From: Planctomycetota bacterium
GTDB taxonomy: Bacteria > Planctomycetota > UBA8108 > SXIK01
Reading direction: 5' to 3'
Assembly: GCA_965223265.1 (NCBI GenBank)
Contig: OZ244999.1
Span: forward strand, 7,552,001-7,616,000
DNA: 64,000 nucleotides
In this document: one piece after another, positions 18,773-28,518 of the stretch
Numbering within the stretch: the first letter of the stretch is position 1
How the letters are laid out: each line of letters opens with the position of its first letter
Notes under the pieces: model-generated
Told to the model about the DNA's origin: nothing
Databases searched by the model: none
What the model saw: the letters and a program-made list of their open reading frames with translations, nothing else
Position numbers and translations under genes: made by a program

Positions 18773-19582
18773 ATGGCCTGGACGCTCTGCTTGAACACTA
18801 GCACGATCAAACCGCAGCCACTTCTCGAGAAGGTGCGTCTGAGCGCCGAGGCGGGATTCGAAGCGATCGAGCTGTGGATCAACGATGTCTACGAATTCGT
18901 CGGTCGTGGTGGCGAAGTCCGCGATCTTGAGAAAGCTCTGGCAGACTCGGGACTCCGTGTTCCCTGCATGATCGCTCTGAAGGGGTGGGGTGACGCGAGC
19001 GAAGAGGAATACCCACAGGCACTCGAGGAGGTGAAGCGGCGCATGGAGCTGTGCGCCCGCCTTGGCTCGCCCTACGTCGTCACCACACCGCCCCGCTCGC
19101 CATGCCCGGTGGACCAAGTCACGCGGCGCTACGGGGATGTCCTCGCCATCGGACGCGCGGTGGGCGTTACGCCGACGTTCGAGTACCTAAGCTTCAGCCG
19201 TTCCGTCTCGCGCCTCGACGCCGCCTGGCAGATCGTTCAAGACACAGGCGCTCGTGACGCGACGCTGATCGTTGATGCCTTCCACAACTGGAACAGCGGA
19301 TCGACGTGCGACGATTTGAGCAAGATCCCCGGCGAGCGCGTCAGCCACTACCACATCGACGATGCTCATCCGGACAAACCGCCGCTCACCCAGCTTGATC
19401 CCGACCGCGTCATGATTGGCGACGGGGCCATCGATCTCGCGGCGGAAATCCAGGTGCTGCGCGACATCGGCTACGAAGGCGCGATCAGCCTTGAACTTTT
19501 CAACGAGGAACTCTGGGCGCAGGATCCGCGCGATGTTCTACGCCTCGGCTTGGAGCGTATGCGGGCGCTGCTCGAAACTTAG
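18773..19582 (+). CDS. sugar phosphate isomerase/epimerase (IolI-like TIM barrel)
   Basis: LCLNTSTI, AGFEAIELW, FEYL, VDAFH, HYHIDD, DRVMIGDG, ISLELFN. Confidence 0.88.
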   Translation: MAWTLCLNTSTIKPQPLLEKVRLSAEAGFEAIELWINDVYEFVGRGGEVRDLEKALADSGLRVPCMIALKGWGDASEEEYPQALEEVKRRMELCARLGSPYVVTTPPRSPCPVDQVTRRYGDVLAIGRAVGVTPTFEYLSFSRSVSRLDAAWQIVQDTGARDATLIVDAFHNWNSGSTCDDLSKIPGERVSHYHIDDAHPDKPPLTQLDPDRVMIGDGAIDLAAEIQVLRDIGYEGAISLELFNEELWAQDPRDVLRLGLERMRALLET

Positions 19583-19745
19583 CAGCCCGTTGAAAAAGTC
19601 ATTCGGCCGAGAAACCGGCCTCTTCGCGCCCAGCTCGACCGCGTCAATACTCGAAAATCTCAGAGATTACCTGCGTTTGCCGCGGCCGATCTGGACGCGA
19701 AGAGACCAGTTTTCGGCTCGAAGCACTTTTTCAACGGGCTGTTAG
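19579..19745. mobile_element. palindromic MITE/REP-like element, 167 bp including TTAG flanks
   Basis: Ends CAGCCCGTTGAAAAAGT ... ACTTTTTCAACGGGCTG; complementarity continues inward for about 60 bp; TTAG direct repeat at both ends. Confidence 0.8.
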
Positions 19746-19850
19746 TCCAACCGAGCGGCTGCGAAACGGCGGCAAGCAGAGTCTGTAGCGCGAATTGGGA
19801 GTGCGACCTCTGAACGCGCTAACCGGGCGCACAGAACCGAGTCTCGAGAA

Positions 19851-21749
19851 CTACGCGAAGTAAAACATCATGAAGATCGCCACCGCGGCCAGCAGCCCCG
19901 CCCAAAATCGATCTTCGCTGCAGATACCTATGAGCGGCACGTCGGCCGCCCCTTCGGCGGCCCGCCGCCGTACATTGGTGAGCGCCGCTTTGGCGAAAAG
20001 CGCCCACGTGAAGAGTGCAGCCACCCAAGCGCTCACTGTGGAGCTCAGCGTGCCGGTGTAGACGAGAATGCCGAGAACGATCCATAGGAGCAGTGCCGCG
20101 CCGACGCCCAAAAAACCTCGCTTGAGGGCGGCCGGATCGTGGCCGCCGAGGTCCGTCCAAGTGAGGCGAGACCTCTCGTCACCGCCGGCCGCGTCGTCGC
20201 CATGCTGGGCGTCCGCATTCGATTGCGTCAGAAGACTGACGACCACGTGCGCAACGGCGGCGCAAATCGCCGCGACGAAGACCGAGTGCATGAAATTGAG
20301 CTCACGCCCAAACGTCTCACTGAGACTGGTGAGTTGACCGCTTGCAACCAAGTCTTTGTAGAGCGGTGGCAATCCATACGACACCAAGATGCCGATCACG
20401 ATCGACGCAATCGCCCCGGGCGAGGTCGCACGGCGCCAGAACATCCCGAGAGCGAAGGCAACGACCACGCCAGCGACGAGCTTTCCTTGGTGGCTGGCGA
20501 TCTGCAGGAAGAAGTGGTCCTCTGAGTTTGGATCCATGGTAAAGATCGTCAGTGCTGCCGAGGCAAAGATAAAGAAAGCGATCGCGACACTACCGACCAG
20601 AATGAGCTCGCGTTCTCCCGCCCCCCGGCGGACGTAGCGCTTGTAAAAGTCAAACGTGAAAATGGTCGCCGCTGAATTCAACATCGAATCGATCGACGAC
20701 AGAATCGCACCGACCACTCCTGCAGCGACAAGCCCGACGACGCCGAAACCCACAGGGGCGACGACGGTCTTGAGAAGTTCGGTGAAGGCCGCGTCAGCAT
20801 CACTTTCGATGCCGCGGGCCTGGAAGAGATAGAACGCTGCGATGCCACCACCGATCGACATGAACGGAATCAACAACTTGAAGAAGCCAGCGATGATGAT
20901 GCCAAGACGCGCTTCGCTGTCGCTGCGCGCTGCCAGGGCCCGCTGCACGATGAATTGATTCGTCCCCCAGTAATAGAAGTGGAGCACCATGAGCCCGCTG
21001 AGGACGCCGGACCACGGCAAGTCGGCGTGGTCTGAGGGCTGAAAGAGGCGCATGAGTCGCTCGTCGCCACGCGCCGCATCCATCGCCCGCATACCGGCCC
21101 AGCCGCCGATCTCAGGCTGCGCGAAGGTCAGCACTGCGACCACGATGCCCGCGATGAGCATGAGGACCGACTGGATCACGTCGGTGACGATCACTGCTTT
21201 GAGACCGCCGACGATGGTGTAGGTGCCGGTGACCACCGCCATCAAGACAATGCCGAGCGTGTAGTACGTCTGATCAATCGGCGCACCCGCTTCCTGCTGC
21301 AATAGAACATTGAGTGAACGCGAGCCGATGTAGAAACCGGGCACCGTTTGGATCACGACGATCACCGCGAGCATGATCAGCGCGTAGAGGACGCGGCTCG
21401 TCTCACCGTAACGCCGGCCCAAGTAATCACTCAGGGTGTAGATGCCAAGCTTGCGGTAGACGGGCAAAAAGCCGTAGCAGAGAAGAAGGAGGCCGGCGAT
21501 GGCGCTGATCTCAAAGTGACTCTGAGCAAAGCCGACGCCAAAGCCGACGCCCATCATGCCGATGATATGATTCGCCGAGACGTTGGAACCGAAGATCGAG
21601 GCGGCGACGCCCCACCAGCGCGTCGTGCGTCCCGCGAGGTAATAGTCGGACGCGGTCTCTTCCTTGCGCCCCGCCCAAAGTCCCGCGCCCATGACGAGGA
21701 GGAGCGAGCCGAAGAAGATGACGAGGTCGAACGGGGTGAGCACATTCAT
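19851..21749 (-). CDS. sodium:solute symporter (SSS/SLC5, sugar-type)
   Basis: DYYLAGR, SIFGSNVS, GGLKAVIVTDVIQ, YYWGTNQFIVQRALAA, many transmembrane helices. Confidence 0.93.
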   Translation of the reverse strand: MNVLTPFDLVIFFGSLLLVMGAGLWAGRKEETASDYYLAGRTTRWWGVAASIFGSNVSANHIIGMMGVGFGVGFAQSHFEISAIAGLLLLCYGFLPVYRKLGIYTLSDYLGRRYGETSRVLYALIMLAVIVVIQTVPGFYIGSRSLNVLLQQEAGAPIDQTYYTLGIVLMAVVTGTYTIVGGLKAVIVTDVIQSVLMLIAGIVVAVLTFAQPEIGGWAGMRAMDAARGDERLMRLFQPSDHADLPWSGVLSGLMVLHFYYWGTNQFIVQRALAARSDSEARLGIIIAGFFKLLIPFMSIGGGIAAFYLFQARGIESDADAAFTELLKTVVAPVGFGVVGLVAAGVVGAILSSIDSMLNSAATIFTFDFYKRYVRRGAGERELILVGSVAIAFFIFASAALTIFTMDPNSEDHFFLQIASHQGKLVAGVVVAFALGMFWRRATSPGAIASIVIGILVSYGLPPLYKDLVASGQLTSLSETFGRELNFMHSVFVAAICAAVAHVVVSLLTQSNADAQHGDDAAGGDERSRLTWTDLGGHDPAALKRGFLGVGAALLLWIVLGILVYTGTLSSTVSAWVAALFTWALFAKAALTNVRRRAAEGAADVPLIGICSEDRFWAGLLAAVAIFMMFYFA

Positions 21750-22021
21750 CGGGCGACTGACTCCGGCTGGCAAGCTTGGGCGCGACGATCGACGCTACAG
21801 CGGACGGCATCGCGCGCGACGCGCGACGCCCCATTCGCGAAGGCGCCATTCTGACCAAAGGCCGCCAGGCGGTCAACGCGTCGCAAACGAGAGATCGAAA
21901 CGATCTACGTGGCCTCGTGCCTCGGGGACGCGGCCCGCCTGTCGCAGCACGCGTTCTTTCGTGATTCTCACCACCCCGCGTGGGCGATTCCAAGTGGAGA
22001 CGATCAGGGAAGCAGGCGCAG

Positions 22022-23401
22022 TCAACGCTTCTCGTCGCTGACGACGACGCCTTCGATGACAACGCCGATGCAGTGCGATGTATACTCGAGCGGATCGCCG
22101 TCGTAGAGCGCCAAGTCGCCGTCCTTACCGACGACGAGCGAACCGACACGGTCGTCGACGCCAAGAATGCGCGCAGCATCGATCGTCACCGTCTCGAGCG
22201 CCTCTTCGGGGGAGAGGCCGTTCGCCGCCAGCAGTGCGGCTTCGAACAGCACGACGCGCGTTTTCGGAACGTAGCTTTCGTAACCGCTCTGTAGTGCCAC
22301 CCGGATTCCTGCCGCGCGCAGCGTTGCGGCCGTCTCAAAGCTCATGTTCTCAAGGTCTCGATGCGCGCGAGCCATGGTCGGGTGAAGGATCACCGCAGCG
22401 CCAGCAGCTTTGATCTCGTCAATGAGCAGATAGGCTTCCGCCGCGCCGTCAAGGACAAGCGGAAACTTGAACTCGCGCGCGAGCCGCAGCGCGCTGGCGA
22501 TATCCTGAGCGCGGTGTGCCGTGACGAGAAGCGGCAGCTCGCCGCCGAGCACGCGGGCGAGGACTTCAAGCCCAAGGTCGCGCGGCAGCGCCTCGGCGTC
22601 ACTGTCCCCCTTTGACGCGCCGTCCGACTCAGGCACTACACCCTGTGAATCTTCCGGGTCCTTAGCCTCCGCCTGCGCCTTCGCGGCGGCCACACGCGCT
22701 GTACGGTATTCCTGCGCCTTGAGCAGCTGGGCTCGGAGGAGCGCCACCATCTTACCGCGCGTGCCCGGCGACCCGTCGTCCTTACGCGCCTCGGTGCTCA
22801 ATGTCGCCGCCAGCATCTTCGTCTCGATCAAGACCGCCTCTTCGACGCTGTCGCCGCGCGTCTTGACGACCATCGTTTGACCAGAGATGAGCTCGCCCGG
22901 CGCGTGACCCGTGTGCAGCGTCGTGACGCCGAAACCGCGAATCCACTCGACGAGTCGCTCGTGAACGTTGTAGGCGTCCAGGGCGCGCAGTTCCGGCTGC
23001 AGAGGTGCCGAACGCTCAAGCTGGTCGCTGTCTTGGGGCTGGTTCAAGTAACCGGCCAACCCGACAACGCTGTGGGCGTCGACAAGACCTGGAGTCACCA
23101 CCGCCGCCTCAAGCACGCGAAAACCTTCGGGAACGCGCAGATCGCTAGCACTCCCGACTGCCGCGATCTTTCCGTCGCGCACGATGACCATGCCGTCATC
23201 GATGGGCGGTCCTACCATCGTGTACACCTTCGCGCCGCGGACCGCGACTTGCGCGGCAACGTGGCACGGTGAGGCGAACACACTCGCCAAGACCATGCCG
23301 ACAAGAATCGACGTCGGCAGAAGCTCCGAGTCGCGCACGCCGTCAAACACAGCACGTCGCGAGGTCTCCGACGTCTTGATCGTCGTCTTGCTCAACCTCA
23401 T
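22022..23401 (-). CDS. amidohydrolase family protein (degenerate metal site)
   Basis: TPGLVDAHS, TIDAARILGVDDRVGSLVVGKDGDL; ATGA overlap with the upstream paralog. Confidence 0.88.
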   Translation of the reverse strand: MRLSKTTIKTSETSRRAVFDGVRDSELLPTSILVGMVLASVFASPCHVAAQVAVRGAKVYTMVGPPIDDGMVIVRDGKIAAVGSASDLRVPEGFRVLEAAVVTPGLVDAHSVVGLAGYLNQPQDSDQLERSAPLQPELRALDAYNVHERLVEWIRGFGVTTLHTGHAPGELISGQTMVVKTRGDSVEEAVLIETKMLAATLSTEARKDDGSPGTRGKMVALLRAQLLKAQEYRTARVAAAKAQAEAKDPEDSQGVVPESDGASKGDSDAEALPRDLGLEVLARVLGGELPLLVTAHRAQDIASALRLAREFKFPLVLDGAAEAYLLIDEIKAAGAAVILHPTMARAHRDLENMSFETAATLRAAGIRVALQSGYESYVPKTRVVLFEAALLAANGLSPEEALETVTIDAARILGVDDRVGSLVVGKDGDLALYDGDPLEYTSHCIGVVIEGVVVSDEKR

Positions 23402-24741
23402 CGCGCATGCTCCTCAAAGCAGCAGAAGTAGGGTTCTTGGTCGCGGCCGGCGCCGTAGCCACCGACGGCGTGCAGTCGATCCACTGGGTCACGGCGATCA
23501 AAGACCCTCTCGCCTTCGACCCAGGTCTCGAGCACTTTGGTATAGACGCTCAAAGGTTCGCCGCTCAGGATCGCGAAATCGGCGTCTTTTCCCGCAGTCA
23601 ACGAGCCGATGCGATCTCCCAGATCGAGCATCTCTGCACCAGCAAGAGTGACCGCCTTGAGAGCCCCCGCCGGCGTCATTCCGGCGCGCACGGCAAGCGC
23701 CGGCGTGCGCAGGAAGATGCGCGAGTCGGTGATCCAATCATCGGTGTGAAAAGCGACGAGAACCCCCGCCTGCTCAAGAACCGCGCCGGTACGATAGACC
23801 ATGTCGACGGCTTCGAGCTTACCGCCTGGGCTATCGATCAGAATGACGGAGCAGGGAGCACCGGCCGCGGCGATCTGCGGCGCTACCTTCCAGCCTTCGC
23901 TGGCGTGCTGCAGCACAACGCGGAATCCGAACTCTTTGGAGAGTCGCAGCACGGTGAGAATGTCGTCATGTCGATGCGTGTGGTGGTGCACGATGCGTTT
24001 GCCGTCAAGCACCTCGACGAGCGCTTCGAGACCAAGATCTCGAGGTGGAAGCTTGTCGGGATCACCGGCGGCGCGCCGCACCTTGTCACGGTACTCCTGC
24101 GCCGCGACAAACTTCTGCCGCACAAGCGCGGCCGACTTGCCACGCGTACCGGGAAACGGAGGACTTCGCATCGAGTTGGTACCGTTCGCCATCTTGAGGC
24201 CACCCATGGGATCGCCGTTGGCATCCCGAATCATCAGATCTTCGATCGTCTTACCACGGCGCAGCTTGACGTAGATGGTTTGACCGCTGATGAGGTGTCC
24301 AGAACCCGGCATGATGTTGAGCGTTGTCAGTCCGCCGGCAACTGCACGTCGAAAGCCAGCGTCGAGGACGTTCGTCGAGTCATAGATGCGGACTTCCGGC
24401 TGAATGGGCCCGGAGCCATCGCCGCCGCCGATGCCCCCGAGGTGACTGTGCGTGCAGATCAGGCCTGGTAGGATGACCTTGCCGCTGACATCATGGAGCG
24501 TGGCACCCGCGGGGATCTCGGTGTCGCCGGCCGCGCCGACCGCCTTGATCTTTTTGCCTTCAATCAAGAGCACACCGTTTTCGATGGCGTCGCCGTCGAT
24601 CGGGTAAATCTTCGCCCCCGTGAACGCGTGGCGATCGGCCGCACGTGCCGTAACCCCGAGCGCCGCAGCACCGATGCAAACCAAACAGCAGAAACACACT
24701 AAACGGGACGTTCGGCGCAAGACGTTCTCCTTACAAGGCAC
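23398..24741 (-). CDS. amidohydrolase family protein, secreted
   Basis: Signal peptide; LPGLICTHSH, KMANGTN, HHHTHRHDD, FHTDD, RIGSLTAGKDAD. Confidence 0.9.
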   Translation of the reverse strand: MPCKENVLRRTSRLVCFCCLVCIGAAALGVTARAADRHAFTGAKIYPIDGDAIENGVLLIEGKKIKAVGAAGDTEIPAGATLHDVSGKVILPGLICTHSHLGGIGGGDGSGPIQPEVRIYDSTNVLDAGFRRAVAGGLTTLNIMPGSGHLISGQTIYVKLRRGKTIEDLMIRDANGDPMGGLKMANGTNSMRSPPFPGTRGKSAALVRQKFVAAQEYRDKVRRAAGDPDKLPPRDLGLEALVEVLDGKRIVHHHTHRHDDILTVLRLSKEFGFRVVLQHASEGWKVAPQIAAAGAPCSVILIDSPGGKLEAVDMVYRTGAVLEQAGVLVAFHTDDWITDSRIFLRTPALAVRAGMTPAGALKAVTLAGAEMLDLGDRIGSLTAGKDADFAILSGEPLSVYTKVLETWVEGERVFDRRDPVDRLHAVGGYGAGRDQEPYFCCFEEHAR

Positions 24742-25039
24742 AGCCTATCTCAATGTTTTGGTTTCGGTACACGGGGGCAAGAACTTGGGGAAGATTTCGA
24801 CCACTACCAGCATGGGCGATGGCACCCAGGGACTCAAGCTCGGGAACTCCGATGGAATCGAAAAGAGCCACCAGAAAATCGCTCAACCGGTTGCGGGCGC
24901 CTGACGTACACTCATAGGTTGAGGGCGAAGCCGAATCCTCGACCTCGCCGGGAACAAGCCTCCGCACACCCGGCGCACACGGGGGCGCGCCGCCCGCCAG
25001 ACGCATCACGATCACGACACAACGGTAAGGCGAGCCTCA

Positions 25040-26509
25040 ATGTTTCACGCGCGACGCATTTGCTCGGTTCTCTGCGCTGCTCTCGCGGCGATCTCCGCAC
25101 TCATGGCAGAAGTCTCTGTGGCCGTAGCGGCTGAGCGACCCAACATCGTCTTTCTGTTCGCCGACGATCAGGCTCCTTGGGCGCTCGGTGAAGCCGGGCA
25201 TCCCCACGCGGCCACACCGCATCTCGATCGTCTCTTCCGAGAAGGCGCGTACCTCAAGAACGCCTTCACAACGACGCCAGTCTGTAGCCCGTCGCGCGCC
25301 AGCTTGCTGGCAAGCCGTTACGGCAGCGAACTCGGTGTCACCGATTGGATCAATCCTCGTAAAGAACCTGAGCACGGTCTTGATCCGAGCATGCTGACTT
25401 GGCCCGAGATCCTCCAGCGTGCCGGCTACCACACGGGGCTAGTTGGCAAGTGGCACCTTGGCACGGCGGATCGTTTTCATCCGACGCAAAATGGCTTCGA
25501 TTATTTCATGGGCTTTCGCCCCGGCGGCGCGAAAACTAAGGATCCCGTACTCGAGGTGGAAGGGAAGCAGGTTCAGTTACACGGCCTGACGACCGACCTT
25601 CTGGCCGACGACGCCGTCCGCTTCTTGGAACGCAACAAAGGACGCACGTTTCTTCTCTGTCTGCACTTTCGTGCCCCGCACACACGGTGGTTGCCCGTCG
25701 CCGACGAGGACTGGGCGCCGTACGACGGTCTCGATCCCCAGATCCCCAACCCTGACTACCGCGGTCTTGACGTCGAACGCGTCAAGCGGGTCACACGCGA
25801 GTACCTCGCGAGCGTCAGCGGCGTCGATCGCAACGTCGGCCGAGTGCTCGCGGCGCTCAAGCGCCTTGGCCTCAAAGACAATACCATCGTGATCTACTCG
25901 AGCGATCACGGCTACAACATGGGCCACAACGGCATTTGGCACAAAGGCAACGGCCATTGGATTCTCAAGGATCCACCGGCCGGAACAACAAACGTGCCGA
26001 AGAACCAGCGACCGAACATGTACGACCACTCGCTCCGCGTGCCGACAGCAGTTCGTTGGCCAGGTGTGATTCGTCCAGGGACGGTGATCTCCGAAACGAT
26101 TTCCAACCTCGACTGGTTTCCAACCATTCTCGCCATGGCATCCGTCACGAAACCGGCCGCGGTGCAGATTCGCGGCAAGGATTTCCTGCCGCTCCTACGC
26201 GGCGAGGCGACGCCGTGGGACAACGACTTCTACGCCGAGTACAGCACGCATCATCAGTCGCGCACGCACATGCGGATGTACCGAACACCGAGTTGGAAGC
26301 TCATGCGCGATTTCCTGAATAGTGATCGGGACGAACTCTACGACCTCAAGAACGATCCGGCAGAGACGACGAACCTCATCCGCTCGACGCGGCCGGGACT
26401 CGCGCACCTCGTGACCGAGCTCGACGCTAAGATTTTGCAGCACATGAAAGCCAACGGCGACCCGGCCCTCGACCTCGCACACCGCCGATCGTCGTCAAGC
26501 TCGGAGTAG
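25040..26509 (+). CDS. formylglycine-dependent sulfatase
   Basis: RPNIVFLFADDQ, CSPSR signature, GKWHLG, SSDHG, ELYDLKNDPAE. Confidence 0.95.
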   Translation: MFHARRICSVLCAALAAISALMAEVSVAVAAERPNIVFLFADDQAPWALGEAGHPHAATPHLDRLFREGAYLKNAFTTTPVCSPSRASLLASRYGSELGVTDWINPRKEPEHGLDPSMLTWPEILQRAGYHTGLVGKWHLGTADRFHPTQNGFDYFMGFRPGGAKTKDPVLEVEGKQVQLHGLTTDLLADDAVRFLERNKGRTFLLCLHFRAPHTRWLPVADEDWAPYDGLDPQIPNPDYRGLDVERVKRVTREYLASVSGVDRNVGRVLAALKRLGLKDNTIVIYSSDHGYNMGHNGIWHKGNGHWILKDPPAGTTNVPKNQRPNMYDHSLRVPTAVRWPGVIRPGTVISETISNLDWFPTILAMASVTKPAAVQIRGKDFLPLLRGEATPWDNDFYAEYSTHHQSRTHMRMYRTPSWKLMRDFLNSDRDELYDLKNDPAETTNLIRSTRPGLAHLVTELDAKILQHMKANGDPALDLAHRRSSSSSE

Positions 26510-26516
26510 GCGCCAC

Positions 26517-27590
26517 ATGGTCGCAGAACGCCGCTACCCCGAGGTCGAAGTCGCCGGCACGCCCTACGAGATGGGCGAACAGCTGGGTGAGGCGGCTCGC
26601 GAGCTCATCCGCGGCTTCGCCGCTTGCGCGCTCGAACGCGTTCGCGTGACAGCTCCCGTGTCGGGCGAAGCGGCGCTGGACGTCGCACACTCGTGCATTC
26701 CTTTCGCGCGCGCGTACGCGCCACACCACTTAGAGGAGCTCGAAGGCGTGGCGTCGAGCTCGGGGGTGGCGCTCGGAGAGCTGATGTTGCTGCAGGTACG
26801 AAATCAGTTGATGGCAGACGATGACTCGGGCTGCACGTCGCTCGCTGCGGCATCGTCGATCGCAGCTAAACCGCCGCTCGGCGGCGCCAGGAGCGGACTT
26901 GTCGGACAAAACTGGGACAATGACCCTGAACTCGATCGCTGGACGATCGTGCTGCGCCGGCGTCCAGTAAGCCAGCCATCATTTATCAGCGTCACGCAAG
27001 CGGGCCTGGTCGCCTATATCGGGGTGAATGACCGCGGTGTCGGTGTCTGCCTCAACACGCTGCCCGCACCGAGTCGTCGTCTCGGAGTGCCGCACTACTT
27101 CATCGTCCGCGCGATGTACGAAACTGACTCTCTCGACGGCGTCGTCGACGCGGCACGCCGAGCGGAGCGCGCCATCCCGGCGAACGTCATGCTGACGACG
27201 CCGGATGGACCAGCAGACCTCGAGATGACGATCGACGACGTCAAGGTGCTGCGCCACGACCAGTTCGTCGTCCACACCAACCACTGCCTCCATCCCGATC
27301 TGGAGCCGATCAATAGCTCTTTTCCCGAGCTCATCGATTCACACGCGCGTTTGGCGCGGGTTCGCGCACTGCGCAGCGGTGTTCCTTCGAGCTCAAACGT
27401 CGAGACGTTCAAGAAGCTGCTGCGCGATCATGACAACTATCCACGCTCAATCTGCCGACACCCGAACGACGATCCGCAGCACGGGTTTTGGCGCAGCGTC
27501 TTCTCGGTCGTCATCGAGGCGGACACAGGACGCCTGCACGTCAGTCGCGGCAATCCGTGCGAGAACTCCTACGAGATCTATGAGCTCTGA
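26517..27590 (+). CDS. C45 family Ntn-hydrolase (acyl-CoA:6-APA acyltransferase-like)
   Basis: GTPYEMG, GCTS autoproteolytic Cys, GQNWD, VHTNH, SICRH, GNPC. Confidence 0.9.
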   Translation: MVAERRYPEVEVAGTPYEMGEQLGEAARELIRGFAACALERVRVTAPVSGEAALDVAHSCIPFARAYAPHHLEELEGVASSSGVALGELMLLQVRNQLMADDDSGCTSLAAASSIAAKPPLGGARSGLVGQNWDNDPELDRWTIVLRRRPVSQPSFISVTQAGLVAYIGVNDRGVGVCLNTLPAPSRRLGVPHYFIVRAMYETDSLDGVVDAARRAERAIPANVMLTTPDGPADLEMTIDDVKVLRHDQFVVHTNHCLHPDLEPINSSFPELIDSHARLARVRALRSGVPSSSNVETFKKLLRDHDNYPRSICRHPNDDPQHGFWRSVFSVVIEADTGRLHVSRGNPCENSYEIYEL

Positions 27591-28518
27591 ACAAGCAGCG
27601 ACAACGAAAACGACTTCTGCGTTACGCGGCGTCTTTCCCGCCGCGCTGACGATGTTCACCGCCGACGGCGAGCTCGACGAAGAGGCCACCGCCCGCCATG
27701 TCGAACATCTCATCGCCTGTGGCGTCGATGGAATCGTTGCTGCGGGCTCGTCCGGCGAGTTCGTCGCCATGACCGAAGCGGAGCACGAGCGCGTGATCGA
27801 AATCGCGGTTGCCGCCGCCGCGGGCCGGGTTCCAGTTGTCGCCTCGAGTGGGCGCTACAGCACGCGACTCTCGATCGCCCTGACGCAGAAGGCCGAAGCC
27901 GTCGGCGCCGACGCGGCTCTCCTGACCCTTCCGTACTATCAGAAACCACCCAAGGCATCGGTCGTCGAGCACTTTCGCTGCATTCGACGTCACACGTCGC
28001 TGCCGCTTCTGGTCTACAACAACGCAATCTTTTCGGGCTGCGCGGAACTCACGCCCCGCGATCTCACTTCTCTTTGGCAAGAAGGCGTGGTCTGCGGTGT
28101 CAAGTCGACGACGCAGAGCGTCGTTCCGGTACACGACCTTCTTCACCTCACCGACGCGAGCTTCCGGGTCTTCTACGGCTCGTTCCAATCGCCGATGGAA
28201 GCGCTCTTGGGTGGCGCGCACGGCTGGATCAGCGGCTTCTTAAACTTCCTGACGCGCGAATGTGTCGAACTCTACGGCGCCTGCGCTTCTGGCGACGTCG
28301 CAAAGGCGCGCCACATCTGGAACGACGTCCTCCTGCCGTTCAAGCAGCTCCACGCGCACGGGCTTCTAGGTGACGTCAACGACCTGGCGATCTATCGCGC
28401 TGGGCTGGACCTCATGGGTCTTCATGGCGGCTTCTCTCGCCAGCCGTTCGAGCCACTGGACGCGGCGCAGCGAGAGAAACTCGCCGTGCAGATGCGCGAC
28501 GCCGGACTCCTCGCATGA
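27580..28518 (+). CDS. dihydrodipicolinate synthase / N-acetylneuraminate lyase family aldolase
   Basis: GVFPAALT, AGSSGEF, LPYY, VYNN, Schiff-base Lys in GVKST. Start ATG 27580 overlaps the upstream gene. Confidence 0.9.
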   Translation: MSSEQAATTKTTSALRGVFPAALTMFTADGELDEEATARHVEHLIACGVDGIVAAGSSGEFVAMTEAEHERVIEIAVAAAAGRVPVVASSGRYSTRLSIALTQKAEAVGADAALLTLPYYQKPPKASVVEHFRCIRRHTSLPLLVYNNAIFSGCAELTPRDLTSLWQEGVVCGVKSTTQSVVPVHDLLHLTDASFRVFYGSFQSPMEALLGGAHGWISGFLNFLTRECVELYGACASGDVAKARHIWNDVLLPFKQLHAHGLLGDVNDLAIYRAGLDLMGLHGGFSRQPFEPLDAAQREKLAVQMRDAGLLA

